This document shows, piece by piece, positions 46,933-57,465 of a stretch of 64,000 bases of DNA; the first letter of the stretch is position 1; every line of letters begins with the position of its first letter. The position numbers were made by a program, and so were the translations under genes. Location: the NCBI GenBank assembly GCA_000146045.2, contig BK006946.2, forward strand, positions 860,432 through 924,431. The letters run 5' to 3'. The notes beneath the pieces were generated by a model. The model was given only the letters and a program-made list of their open reading frames with translations. It ran no database searches and was not told where the DNA came from. Source of the DNA: TPA_inf: Saccharomyces (taxonomy: Eukaryota).

Positions 46933-49900
46933 ATGGGTTCATCTGGTTCAAAATCGACCACAGCCACTACCACATCGCATAGTAGCACGACTACTACTAG
47001 TAGCACAACCAGTACAACTACGCCTACTACCACTAGCACGACAAGCACGACAAGCACTAAAGTTACAACTAGCCCAGAAATTATTGTCAGTAGTTCTAGC
47101 ACATTAGTTTCTTCTGTTGTACCCGAGTTTACTTCTAGCTCGTCGCTCTCCTCTGATACAATTGCCTCAATTCTATCATCGGAGTCATTGGTTTCCATTT
47201 TTTCTTCTCTTTCTTACACATCATCCGATATTTCTAGTACATCAGTCAACGATGTCGAATCATCAACCTCTGGCCCCTCAAACTCATACAGTGCGCTTTC
47301 CTCCACAAATGCACAACTGTCCAGCTCCACTACAGAGACTGACTCCATAAGTAGTAGTGCTATTCAAACATCTTCCCCGCAAACCAGTTCATCAAATGGA
47401 GGTGGTTCCTCTTCGGAGCCATTGGGAAAGTCCTCTGTCCTTGAAACTACTGCTTCATCTTCTGATACAACTGCAGTCACATCCTCCACATTTACCACGC
47501 TTACTGACGTTTCATCTTCTCCAAAGATAAGTTCCTCAGGATCGGCTGTCACTTCAGTTGGTACTACTTCCGATGCCTCAAAGGAAGTTTTTAGTTCAAG
47601 CACGTCCGATGTTTCTTCCCTACTATCAAGTACTTCCAGCCCCGCAAGCTCTACTATTTCTGAAACCCTACCATTTTCCTCTACAATTTTATCCATCACT
47701 TCCAGCCCAGTAAGTTCAGAAGCTCCATCGGCAACGTCTAGCGTAATTAGTTCAGAAGCTTCATGGGCAACGTCTAGCTCAGTGAGCTCGGAAGCTCCAT
47801 TGGCAACGTCTAGCGTAGTGAGTTCAGAAGCTCCATCGTCAACGTCTAGCGTAGTGAGTTCAGAAGCTCCATCGTCAACATCTAGCTCAGTGAGTTCCGA
47901 AATTTCGTCAACAACATCTAGCTCAGTAAGTTCAGAAGCTCCATTGGCAACGTCTAGCGTAGTGAGTTCAGAAGCTCCATCGTCAACATCTAGCTCAGTG
48001 AGTTCCGAAATTTCGTCAACAACATCTAGCTCAGTAAGTTCGGAAGCTCCATTGGCAACGTCTAGCGTAGTGAGTTCAGAAGCTCCATCGTCAACATCTA
48101 GCTCAGTGAGTTCAGAAGCTCCATCGTCAACATCTAGCTCAGTGAGTTCAGAAGCTCCATCGTCAACGTCTAGCTCAGTGAGTTCGGAAATTTCGTCAAC
48201 AAAATCTAGCGTAATGAGTTCAGAAGTTTCATCGGCAACGTCTAGCCTAGTGAGTTCGGAAGCTCCATCGGCAATTTCCAGCTTAGCAAGTTCTAGACTG
48301 TTTAGCTCTAAAAATACATCAGTTACTTCTACTTTGGTTGCTACAGAAGCTTCGTCAGTAACTTCTAGCCTAAGACCTTCTAGTGAGACATTAGCAAGCA
48401 ATTCAATCATTGAAAGCTCTTTGTCGACGGGTTACAATTCGACCGTTTCTACCACAACATCCGCCGCATCTAGTACACTTGGATCTAAGGTTTCGTCAAG
48501 TAATTCCAGAATGGCCACTTCCAAAACCTCATCTACTTCCTCCGACTTGAGTAAGTCTAGTGTAATATTCGGCAATAGTTCTACCGTTACAACCTCTCCA
48601 TCAGCGTCTATCAGTTTAACCGCATCTCCACTTCCATCGGTCTGGTCTGATATCACCTCTTCGGAAGCTTCATCAATTTCCTCTAACCTGGCTAGCTCCA
48701 GTGCGCCATCTGACAATAATTCCACCATTGCAAGTGCCTCGCTGATTGTCACCAAAACAAAAAACTCAGTCGTTTCATCAATTGTCTCTAGTATAACTTC
48801 TTCTGAAACTACAAACGAATCCAATTTGGCCACATCTAGTACATCGCTTTTGAGTAATAAAGCTACTGCCCGTTCTTTATCAACATCCAACGCTACAAGT
48901 GCTTCTAACGTTCCAACAGGCACATTTAGCTCCATGAGCTCTCATACTTCGGTGATAACTCCCGGCTTTTCCACCAGTAGTGCGTCACTCGCAATTAATT
49001 CAACTGTCGTTAGCTCATCATTGGCAGGTTATAGTTTCTCGACACCTGAAAGCTCTCCAACTACTTCCACTTTGGTTACTTCAGAGGCTCCTTCAACCGT
49101 TTCCAGTATGACCACAAGTGCCCCATTTATAAATAATTCTACCTCTGCTAGACCTTCGCCAAGTACAGCTAGTTTCATTACTGAATCCACTTCAAGCATT
49201 TCCAGCGTGCCATTAGCGAGTGGCGACGTCACTTCCTCATTAGCGGCCCACAATTTAACTACTTTCAGTGCTCCTTCAACATCCAGTGCACAACTTGTAA
49301 GCAAATCAACTACCTCTAGCTCCATCCTGGTCACACCCAGAATCGACAGGTCTGGAAATTCCTCAACTGCCTCTAGAATTGCAACATCACTCCCTAACAA
49401 AACTACATTTGTTTCTTCCCTAAGTTCAACATCCGCTCATGCCAGAAATATCTTTAATTCAACTGTTCTAGCTACTGCTAAACAAATTGAAACTTTAACT
49501 TCAACAGTCAATTGCAGCAACCCTACTCCTAATTACAACATAACCAAAACAGTAATCGTAAGTAGGGAGACTACTGCCATAGGAACTGTTACAAGTTGTT
49601 CGGGTGGTTGCACCAAGAATAGAAAGTCAACCACACTTATTACTATAACAGATATTGATGCTTCTACTGTTACTACTTGCCCAGAAAAAGAAGTAACATC
49701 GACCACAAGTGGAGATGAGGCAGAACATACCACTAGCACTAAAATAAGTAATTTCGAAACGTCCACGTTTTCGGAAAGTTTTAAGGATATGAAGACTTCT
49801 CAGGAAACTAAAAAAGCTAAACCAGGATCAGAAACGGTGAGGAGCTCGTCATCTTTTGTCGAAAAAACCTCACCAACAACAAAGGCTTCTCCATCAACTT

Positions 49901-50355
49901 CCCCATCAGAAAGTAAAGCTGCAGGAAATACATCCGTTGCAACGAATGCTTCACCATCAACTTCCCCATCAGAAAGTCAAGGTACAGGAAGCACATCTGT
50001 AGAGGGAGCAAAAAGCAAGTCAACTAAAAATTCAGAAGGAGTATCAACCACTAAAGCGAAAAACACATCAACTGTTGCGAAATCTTCAACTGAAAGTCCG
50101 ATCGGGAGGGGTGAAACTACCCTTGAAACGATAATTGTCTCGAGCCAAAAGTCGCTATTAACATCACAACTAAGTTCATCCACTGAAAAGGTAAACAGAT
50201 CTACCACCAAACCTACGGCAGCGATTCATGGAACATCCTCATCCGCTAAACAAAGCACAACATATACTGTCAGCACGGCAAAAGAAAATACCGGTGCATC
50301 CCTGAACATTAACATGAAAGCTTTTGTTATTGGCGCTATTGCTTTGGTAGCTTAG
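46933..50355 (+). CDS. Ser/Thr-rich, probably heavily O-glycosylated secreted or cell-wall protein containing a 16-copy 12-aa tandem repeat (YMR317W), 1140 aa
   Basis: 1140-aa ORF composed of more than 50% Ser/Thr. It contains the internal repeat SSEAPSSTSSSV in 16 copies and a hydrophobic C-terminus (AFVIGAIALVA). Position matches YMR317W. Confidence 0.85.
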   Translation: MGSSGSKSTTATTTSHSSTTTTSSTTSTTTPTTTSTTSTTSTKVTTSPEIIVSSSSTLVSSVVPEFTSSSSLSSDTIASILSSESLVSIFSSLSYTSSDISSTSVNDVESSTSGPSNSYSALSSTNAQLSSSTTETDSISSSAIQTSSPQTSSSNGGGSSSEPLGKSSVLETTASSSDTTAVTSSTFTTLTDVSSSPKISSSGSAVTSVGTTSDASKEVFSSSTSDVSSLLSSTSSPASSTISETLPFSSTILSITSSPVSSEAPSATSSVISSEASWATSSSVSSEAPLATSSVVSSEAPSSTSSVVSSEAPSSTSSSVSSEISSTTSSSVSSEAPLATSSVVSSEAPSSTSSSVSSEISSTTSSSVSSEAPLATSSVVSSEAPSSTSSSVSSEAPSSTSSSVSSEAPSSTSSSVSSEISSTKSSVMSSEVSSATSSLVSSEAPSAISSLASSRLFSSKNTSVTSTLVATEASSVTSSLRPSSETLASNSIIESSLSTGYNSTVSTTTSAASSTLGSKVSSSNSRMATSKTSSTSSDLSKSSVIFGNSSTVTTSPSASISLTASPLPSVWSDITSSEASSISSNLASSSAPSDNNSTIASASLIVTKTKNSVVSSIVSSITSSETTNESNLATSSTSLLSNKATARSLSTSNATSASNVPTGTFSSMSSHTSVITPGFSTSSASLAINSTVVSSSLAGYSFSTPESSPTTSTLVTSEAPSTVSSMTTSAPFINNSTSARPSPSTASFITESTSSISSVPLASGDVTSSLAAHNLTTFSAPSTSSAQLVSKSTTSSSILVTPRIDRSGNSSTASRIATSLPNKTTFVSSLSSTSAHARNIFNSTVLATAKQIETLTSTVNCSNPTPNYNITKTVIVSRETTAIGTVTSCSGGCTKNRKSTTLITITDIDASTVTTCPEKEVTSTTSGDEAEHTTSTKISNFETSTFSESFKDMKTSQETKKAKPGSETVRSSSSFVEKTSPTTKASPSTSPSESKAAGNTSVATNASPSTSPSESQGTGSTSVEGAKSKSTKNSEGVSTTKAKNTSTVAKSSTESPIGRGETTLETIIVSSQKSLLTSQLSSSTEKVNRSTTKPTAAIHGTSSSAKQSTTYTVSTAKENTGASLNINMKAFVIGAIALVA
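47713..48288 (+). repeat. In-frame 36-bp minisatellite, 16 tandem copies (576 bp), with a 108-bp (3-unit) higher-order periodicity
   Basis: Consensus unit agttcagaagctccatcgtcaacatctagctcagtg, read directly from the sequence. Blocks 47929-48036 and 48037-48144 are near-identical 108-bp super-units. Confidence 0.9.
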
Positions 50356-50629
50356 TAATATAGTTATTGTCCGATACCCTATGAACGTGCACCTTTTTTG
50401 TTAGTGTATTGATATGTGTTTCTTTTCACCTTAAAGGTGCTTAGCAAGGAGAAAAAGAGAAAAAACAAAAGAGAACTGTACGAGTTGTAAATATTTAAAT
50501 AGTACCTTATAATCATAAAAAAAAGTTTCAAATGTAACCTATATCGATTAAAACAGCACTCCTATATACAGACCCAAAACATGGAGCAGTTAAAAAGAAA
50601 GGAGCTACATTTATCAAGAGCTTGACAAC

Positions 50630-51712
50630 CTAGTCTGAAAATTCTTTGTCGTAGCCGACTAAGGTAAATCTATATCTAACGTCACCCTTTTCCATCCTTT
50701 CGAAGGCTTCATGGACGCCGGCTTCACCAACAGGTAATGTTTCCACCCAAATTTTGATATCTTTTTCAGAGACTAATTTCAAGAGTTGGTTCAATTCTTT
50801 GATGGAACCTAAAGCACTGTAAGAAATGGAGACAGCCTTTAAGCCATATGGCTTTAGCGATAACATTTCGTGTTGTTCTGGTATAGAGATTGAGACAATT
50901 CTACCACCAACCTTCATAGCCTTTGGCATAATGTTGAAGTCAATGTCGGTAAGGGAGGAAGCACAGACTACAATCAGGTCGAAGGTGTCAAAGTACTTTT
51001 CACCCCAATCACCTTCTTCTAATGTAGCAATGTAGTGATCGGCGCCCATCTTCATTGCATCTTCTCTTTTTCTCGAAGAACGAGAAATAACATACGTCTC
51101 TGCCCCCATGGCTTTGGAAATCAATGTACCCATACTGCCGATACCACCAAGACCAACTATACCAACTTTTTTACCTGGACCGCAACCGTTACGAACCAAT
51201 GGAGAGTACACAGTCAAACCACCACATAATAGTGGAGCAGCCAAATGTGATGGAATATTCTCTGGGATAGGCACCACAAAATGTTCATGAACTCTGACGT
51301 AGTTTGCATAGCCACCCTGCGACACATAGCCGTCTTCATAAGGCTGACTGTATGTGGTAACAAACTTGGTGCAGTATGGTTCATTATCATTCTTACAACG
51401 GTCACATTCCAAGCATGAAAAGACTTGAGCACCTACACCAACACGTTGACCGACTTTCAACCCACTGTTTGACTTGGGCCCTAGCTTGACAACTTTACCA
51501 ACGATTTCATGACCAACGACTAGCGGCATCTTCATATTGCCCCAATGACCAGCTGCACAATGAATATCACTACCGCAGACACCACATGCTTCGATCTTAA
51601 TGTCAATGTCATGATCGTAAAATGGTTTTGGGTCATACTTTGTCTTCTTTGGGTTTTTCCAATCTTCGTGTGATTGAATAGCGATACCTTCAAATTTCTC
51701 AGGATAAGACAT
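50630..51712 (-). CDS. ADH6: NADPH-dependent medium-chain (cinnamyl-type) alcohol dehydrogenase, 360 aa
   Basis: Zinc-MDR motifs GHEIVGKVV and CGVCGSDIH, and Rossmann motif GLGGIGSMG. Recognisable as Adh6. Confidence 0.92.
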   Translation of the reverse strand: MSYPEKFEGIAIQSHEDWKNPKKTKYDPKPFYDHDIDIKIEACGVCGSDIHCAAGHWGNMKMPLVVGHEIVGKVVKLGPKSNSGLKVGQRVGVGAQVFSCLECDRCKNDNEPYCTKFVTTYSQPYEDGYVSQGGYANYVRVHEHFVVPIPENIPSHLAAPLLCGGLTVYSPLVRNGCGPGKKVGIVGLGGIGSMGTLISKAMGAETYVISRSSRKREDAMKMGADHYIATLEEGDWGEKYFDTFDLIVVCASSLTDIDFNIMPKAMKVGGRIVSISIPEQHEMLSLKPYGLKAVSISYSALGSIKELNQLLKLVSEKDIKIWVETLPVGEAGVHEAFERMEKGDVRYRFTLVGYDKEFSD

Positions 51713-52448
51713 GATTTTGGCTTTTCTTGTTGTTGTGTTGAATTTCTTCCTCGAATGTGGATGTGAAAGTCTGTCGCAAATCTATTAAATTAGATTGAAT
51801 TGGCCGAATTTATACAGAAGATTGACGGCACTTCACCTCGAGAACTGTTGGTGCTTTTTTGCCTTTCACTTTTCTTTTTCTCCTATATTGTCGTATCGCT
51901 TCCAGATGTGAAAAATTGGCAATGTGATCTTCGGTCAAGGACGGACCGGACATATAAGCGGAGCGGGGAATCTTTAGTCAGCAATGGAAGTTCACACAGT
52001 AGAGACACAAATTGTGTCACAGTATATCACCCATTTACTGTAAAAAGATAAAAAGACCAGTAAATGTAACGGAAAACCATTCATTTTAACGGAGCCGTGA
52101 CGAGAGTGGCTGTGATCGGAATTCCACGTCAAGGTCCTGGAAGACGGGGATCGGGGACTAAAAAAGAGCGTCGAAAGTATCCAGTACGTCATTACCAAGT
52201 TGAAAATGAAAAAAGATCAATTAGCCACATTTTATCCTGGATTTATTATCTATTATATATCATTTTAAATGGTTTAGGCTCCCAGAGAAAAAAGCAAAAC
52301 TCAGGTGAGGTATATGTACAAACTAAATAAAAGTTCTAAGGTCGATCGCTACCTCCGTATAGAAATTCCTAAAATCCCTAAGGAAAATTAACTCCCTCAT
52401 AAGTAACATGAGGAATTCTTCCCACTAATGCTAAAATGTTCAATGAAG

Positions 52449-54107
52449 CTATTTTTCCAACATCATAACCTCTGGGAAACGCTTTTCTACGTATGATAGA
52501 AGTATGCGCCTACGTGCGTACAAAGCGGTAACCTCCACTCTTCTTTGACGATCGGCCCAATTATGTGCTTGCAACAAAACTAGCAAGAAAAATTCTTCGA
52601 TAATCATAGTTGGCGTGTTAGCAATCAATTGACCTGTTGTACTCCAACGCAAACCGGAAGCAATACAAATTAAACCAATGATGATGATGACGGATACAAG
52701 AACACTCCATGGAGTTGAGCAGATCCTATTAATATATTGGGATGTTCTGTAACCAATAGTGTTAATTTCAGGAGCTTTACCACTAAATTCTTCGGGACAT
52801 TCAATACCTAATTCTTGGAATAATTCAAGGTCTTCTTTAGCCACATCAGAATAATTTTTCTCTTCATGTTGAACGATTCGGAAGTACACTTCTCTCAAAA
52901 CGAAACCGTCCAAAAACCCAATTAAACCTGTGTATGTACCGATAATCAACCACCAATTATCATCCCACTTCATTGGCGAACCAATACCAATCCATGTGGC
53001 GAACACTGCCACACCAATCAGGACACCAATACCAGTACCAATAATATCAGCATACCAATCAATCATCTTTCTCCCTGTCGACCTTTTTTTAGATTCAATA
53101 GTAACAACTGGGTGAGGTGTTTCAAAATCGTTAAAATGCTTTCTTATACGATAGTCGATTTTCTCGTCCATATCAAAGATATCAACTAAAAACCTCCCCG
53201 TGAAATAATCATGTCTAGCCCTTATATTTTGTAAGAAAGTAGTGCAAATTAGAAGGGAAACTGCAACTGCAGTGTTAATATACATCTGCCAAGCGTCACT
53301 GAACTTTTTCAATCTTGGATTACTACCTGTAGTTTCTCCGGTGTAAGGTGGAGTGTTGCCCGCATCTTTTGGGATAGCACCGCAACCAATCCAAACGAAA
53401 ATACCTATCCAAAATATCACCATTGCTGCAATTGAACCCATATACCTACTTGCTACGTTAGATAAACGGTCGTACCAATTTTCCACAGGCAGTTCTCCGT
53501 TAATGGCAGATGGGTCTATATGATTTTCAACAGAGCTGACTTCATTAGCTTCAACTGTGCAGTCTGCTTTTTCTTCCTCTGGGGTGCTTCTTGTTAGATA
53601 GTTTTTGAAGGAAGCCAATCTCGACTTCAATCTACCGCAGATCAAAATTTGTTCATGCGTACTCATCAACTGTTGTCTCATCAACAGTGTGTCCCAAACA
53701 TAACTTTGAATAGACTGTCCGTCCTGCATAACAACTTGCCAATTGAAAGGTGCGTTATAAACAATACCAATAACCACCCAAATTATGAGGATGATCCAAA
53801 CAATAAAAAAAACCGCCTGCGAACCGGCCACTCGTACCAGGAAATCCAGGGTCTTATCTGTGAAACCTTTGCTTAACCCGGTAAAACCTTTACTCGTGAA
53901 GATTGCCCCTGTTTCTGTTAAATTCACATTACAAAGTTCGTCATCAGTACTCTCATCGCTATGGCTGACTACTCTGACCACATCATCATTTTTGTAATCG
54001 TTAGAATCACCGAATTCTTCGTACTGTTTGCAGTCAACAGTAGGTGCTCTATGATGAACGTCAGGCCTAGCACCTGGATTCCCGAGAAACTCTGCAATTT
54101 TACCCAT
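52449..54107 (-). CDS. FET4: Low-affinity Fe(II)/metal plasma-membrane transporter, 552 aa
   Basis: Polytopic membrane protein of 552 aa with the N-terminus MGKIAEFLGNPGARPDVHHRAP. Position matches YMR319C. Confidence 0.88.
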   Translation of the reverse strand: MGKIAEFLGNPGARPDVHHRAPTVDCKQYEEFGDSNDYKNDDVVRVVSHSDESTDDELCNVNLTETGAIFTSKGFTGLSKGFTDKTLDFLVRVAGSQAVFFIVWIILIIWVVIGIVYNAPFNWQVVMQDGQSIQSYVWDTLLMRQQLMSTHEQILICGRLKSRLASFKNYLTRSTPEEEKADCTVEANEVSSVENHIDPSAINGELPVENWYDRLSNVASRYMGSIAAMVIFWIGIFVWIGCGAIPKDAGNTPPYTGETTGSNPRLKKFSDAWQMYINTAVAVSLLICTTFLQNIRARHDYFTGRFLVDIFDMDEKIDYRIRKHFNDFETPHPVVTIESKKRSTGRKMIDWYADIIGTGIGVLIGVAVFATWIGIGSPMKWDDNWWLIIGTYTGLIGFLDGFVLREVYFRIVQHEEKNYSDVAKEDLELFQELGIECPEEFSGKAPEINTIGYRTSQYINRICSTPWSVLVSVIIIIGLICIASGLRWSTTGQLIANTPTMIIEEFFLLVLLQAHNWADRQRRVEVTALYARRRILLSYVEKRFPEVMMLEK

Positions 54108-54883
54108 AATTTGATTAACGAATGTTTAATAATAAGGGTCTTATTAGGTTTCTATATCTACCTTTTCCCTTCTTATATCTGATACTGTTTGACTTATGAT
54201 AAAAGAAACTTACTTACCTATCAATTAATTCATGCCGTGTGAAGTATATTTATATAAACAAGTATTTCTAAATGAAGAGCATCGAATCAAGATGTGGTAG
54301 ATGCTAAACTAATGGGTGCAATTAAGAAGGCTTCTACCAAGCAAGTTCAAGGCCAGTAGCATTATATAGTTTTTTTGTCTTTATTTTTTTTTTTGGTTTT
54401 TTTTTTTTTCGTTTGAGAAAAATGCTGCTTCCTAAAAAGACTCAGCAAAAATGCTCATGACCTAATCAGTTTCGAGAGCAACCCCACGGGTAGGAAAGAA
54501 AGAGGCGCCAACGTTAAAGGAAACTGCCCATATCTAATACATAACCGCACAAGCTCCAAGCTCATTCAACACCTGTGTGATTTACGCCCCAATAAGGCTC
54601 AAGATTCCTCAATATTTTGTCGTTGTTCGAGCCATGAAAACCTCAAATTACTGCTACAGGACCCTAGGGTCTCGCTAAAAAAATGACTACGCGCGCTTAT
54701 ATAATTACTCGAATAAGACAAAAGAAAAAAACCCTTGCGATATGTCGTAGACACGTAAAAATGGCCCATTTAGTGGTAGTCGCAAACTAGAGGGGTAAAA
54801 ATAACCTGTCCAGTACTGAAAGTAATGCTAGGGAAATGCGAATGACCGTACGTACACCTTCGTACATGCAGGTATTTAGGGGG

Positions 54884-54903
54884 CTTATTGTTTATGAACA
54901 ATA
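54884..54903. promoter_or_regulatory. Inverted pair of Rox1/HMG-box-like cores (ATTGTT ... AACAAT) in the FET4 upstream region
   Basis: The plus strand reads cttATTGTTtatgAACAATag. The Rox1 consensus is YYYATTGTTCTC, and FET4 is known to be Rox1-repressed. Confidence 0.4.
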
Positions 54904-54972
54904 GCACTATGCCAGGTCAAACATATCATGTTCGCGCAGTCTCCTCGTGGGATATATAAAGTGAACAAAAAG

Positions 54973-54979
54973 TGCACCC
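54973..54979 (+). promoter_or_regulatory. Aft1/Aft2 iron-responsive element TGCACCC (context gTGCACCCg) ~870 bp upstream of the FET4 ATG
   Basis: Exact match to the FeRE core PyPuCACCCPu. FET4 is an Aft1 target. Confidence 0.5.
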
Positions 54980-56314
54980 GGTTTTCGGAACAACGCTCTT
55001 CGCAACAAGGCAAAAAAGAAAAATGGGACAACGTAATCGGAGAATACCCAAAGGACATTATAATCCAATCAACGTAGTAGTACGTATGGTTAGAACAGCA
55101 AGCACAGATATTTGCTCATATGCAAGGAAACTGGTGTGATTAGAATGCCTTAAACATGAGTCCAATGTATGCGAATAAGATGCTACGTTGAATAAGCAGA
55201 TCAAAGAACTTTTGGTAGGAAAAGCTTCTTTTTTTAAAAGCGCACGTTTCTTTTTCTTTGTTGGACCTTCCATCAAAATCCTTAATACGTGCAGCGAAGC
55301 AGCAACGCATTGACAGTTCATACAGGAAAGAGGAACAAATATTTTGAGCTGCTTGTCCCAGGAATCTAGGTGCTTACGTATCTTTTATTTTATTTAAATG
55401 TATGATCTTACCCACGATAATGGTCTTAGTACTTTAGTTTGGCAATGATGGAACCGGAGGACAACGGACAAAAGTTAGGGTATCTTTACTCTGTCACTGC
55501 GTATTTTTTGAAATACACTATTTTTACAAGGAGTTAAGCATAACAAGCACGTGCTGCAGATGTTTTCATTTAGTGAGTGAAGATCTTTATTCAAGTAATT
55601 CATCTTCATCCGTATAACTTCTTAGTAAAGCGACAAGGTCTGATGGCCGAATTTTTTTAATTTTGGCCATCGTATTAAAATGAACACTCTAAAGCCGAAA
55701 TGAGAAAGATCTCGCTAATAGTAGGTTAGGACTCAATGGCTAGGTTATATTTTTGCCTTCGTGAGAGTAATTTACGTCGAGTAATGTCGCCTGACATCCA
55801 TATCCCTTTGTTATTCTTCATTAAATGTCACTACAAATTCTGTCCTTACTGAAGTAAAGAATATTTGAAAATACTACACTGATCTTTAATTACTGATCTA
55901 CAATAACACACAGTGTTGAAGGATAATTCCAAGACTCTCACCTGCGACTGGTCGTGTTAGGAAACCAAACTGAAATATGCTAAATTTCGAGTGAAACCTA
56001 CCGGAATCGGTACATCTCCAGAGGATTTTAAGTGAAGATTTAACATCGTATAACAAGCATGCATAACTTGTCACTGGGATAAAGAGAAGGTACTAAATTT
56101 TCGTAGGCGACAATTTTCCATCTCATAGAGTACTCGAAGAAAAACATAAACACTATTAAAAATAGCTCCTAGTAAAGGCTTTTTGGATTCTAATTCAAGT
56201 TTACAAATACCTACCAACAACATTCTTGATATTGTAATCTGCTCTGAAGTAGATACCCTAACGGGATTGTTAAGTCAGGGAGCAGCGTAACGACATTCAC
56301 GAAAAGCTCTAAAA

Positions 56315-56620
56315 ATGCGTAGATTTGGAAAGCCATGTATTGTTTCACATGAAATTTCGGCCAGGCCTCACATATTACAGCCTTGTAATTATAAGATGGT
56401 GCTGAGTTGTAAGGTAAAAAAACCCATTGAGTTATTGCACCTTCAAGAGTTAATACTTTACACTTTTATGAAAATTTGCCTTCACGTAAACTTGATCCAG
56501 CAAAACATCAATAAGTTGTCATATATTTCTCGAAAATATCCAAGGGCACCTGCTTTTATCAGCTGCGACAATAGAGCCACGGAGCCAACAAAAAAAGGCT
56601 TTTTAGTTTGCCGCATGTAA
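56315..56620 (+). CDS. Dubious small ORF (position of YMR320W), 101 aa; probably non-coding
   Basis: Only ORF-track support. No recognisable protein features. Lies in a 3-kb gene-poor subtelomeric gap. Confidence 0.2.
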   Translation: MRRFGKPCIVSHEISARPHILQPCNYKMVLSCKVKKPIELLHLQELILYTFMKICLHVNLIQQNINKLSYISRKYPRAPAFISCDNRATEPTKKGFLVCRM

Positions 56621-57147
56621 TGATTGGCGAATAATTTTTCAAGGTTATGATTGTTCTTGGGAACACAGATCACGGAATCCTTTTGCCAATAATACATTAG
56701 ATGGAATATTTGGATACAACTTTCGAATATAACGCCTTTTGAGCTAGCAATATCGACTGTATGGGAATATAAAAGTTAATTTTAGGCAATTTAATTAATC
56801 GTGACTGGTCGGAGAAGGCGAGATTGTAGCTCCACCATGTGAGGATTATTGGCAAAGGTTTAGATCCGGTGGAGATTTATCTTCTTTTACCCCATCTTAC
56901 TTGTGCACTCTCCCAAATTCCCATCTGATGAACTGTTAGTTGATTCCTTTAGATTATAAAACATATGATGTTTACTCTGTTTTTTGTCGGCGAAGTACGG
57001 AAAAGCATTTGTGACTCTAAAAAAACATGGCAAGGATAATTAATTAACAATACTTCTTGTGCTGTTTATAAAATGTATTTAGTGTAACATGCTGCTTCCT
57101 AGCATATGTATAATGTTAAGAATTTTCCAGTTTCTTTAAAAAGGCAT

Positions 57148-57465
57148 TTACGTGTATTTCTTGACGGCTGCAGAAATCTCTTGGATGTCTTTTGGACTTG
57201 TTCTGCAACAACCACCAATGATACGGGCACCGCTGCTAATGTACTGTTTAACAACCGTATCCCAACTGTTCAGCTTATCGCTATTTGGCAACCATATCTT
57301 CTTTTCAGTATCATAAACTTCACCACTGTTTGGATAAGCAAGCAAGGCCATATTTGGCAGTGCTTGATGTAGAGACTCAAGAATGTCGGGTGATTGGTTG
57401 AAGCTGACGCAGTTGATTCCTAAGAACGAGAGGTTAGGATTTATTTTGTCGCCCAAGTCCATCAT
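57148..57465 (-). CDS. Truncated homocysteine S-methyltransferase paralog (C-terminal ~105 aa of Sam4/Mht1-like protein; YMR321C); probably a gene fragment
   Basis: Translation ...GARIIGGCCRTSPKDIQEISAAVKKYT is the conserved C-terminal zinc-binding (GGCC) end of homocysteine methyltransferases. The ORF is only about one third of the normal length. Confidence 0.75.
   Translation of the reverse strand: MMDLGDKINPNLSFLGINCVSFNQSPDILESLHQALPNMALLAYPNSGEVYDTEKKIWLPNSDKLNSWDTVVKQYISSGARIIGGCCRTSPKDIQEISAAVKKYT

Noticed and set aside
47713-48288. Possible CRISPR-like direct-repeat array
   Set aside because: The repeats are contiguous, with no spacers, and in frame inside a eukaryotic Ser/Thr-rich ORF. 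The organism is yeast, so this is a coding minisatellite and not a CRISPR array.
47364-48410. 348-aa minus-strand ORF (Glu/Leu/Asp/Val-rich) antisense to YMR317W
   Set aside because: Direct consequence of the stop-free 36-bp coding minisatellite on the plus strand. Low-complexity translation with no start context; not an independent gene.
48432-49400. Further minus-strand ORFs (167 aa, 123 aa) antisense to YMR317W
   Set aside because: Antisense read-through of Ser/Thr-rich low-complexity coding DNA (TCN/ACN codons give GAN/GTN on the other strand). Artefacts.
54400-54560. Zap1 zinc-responsive element in the FET4 promoter
   Set aside because: Only a 9/11 match (acgttaaagga) to ACCTTNAAGGT was found. 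That is too weak to annotate, although FET4 is a known Zap1 target.
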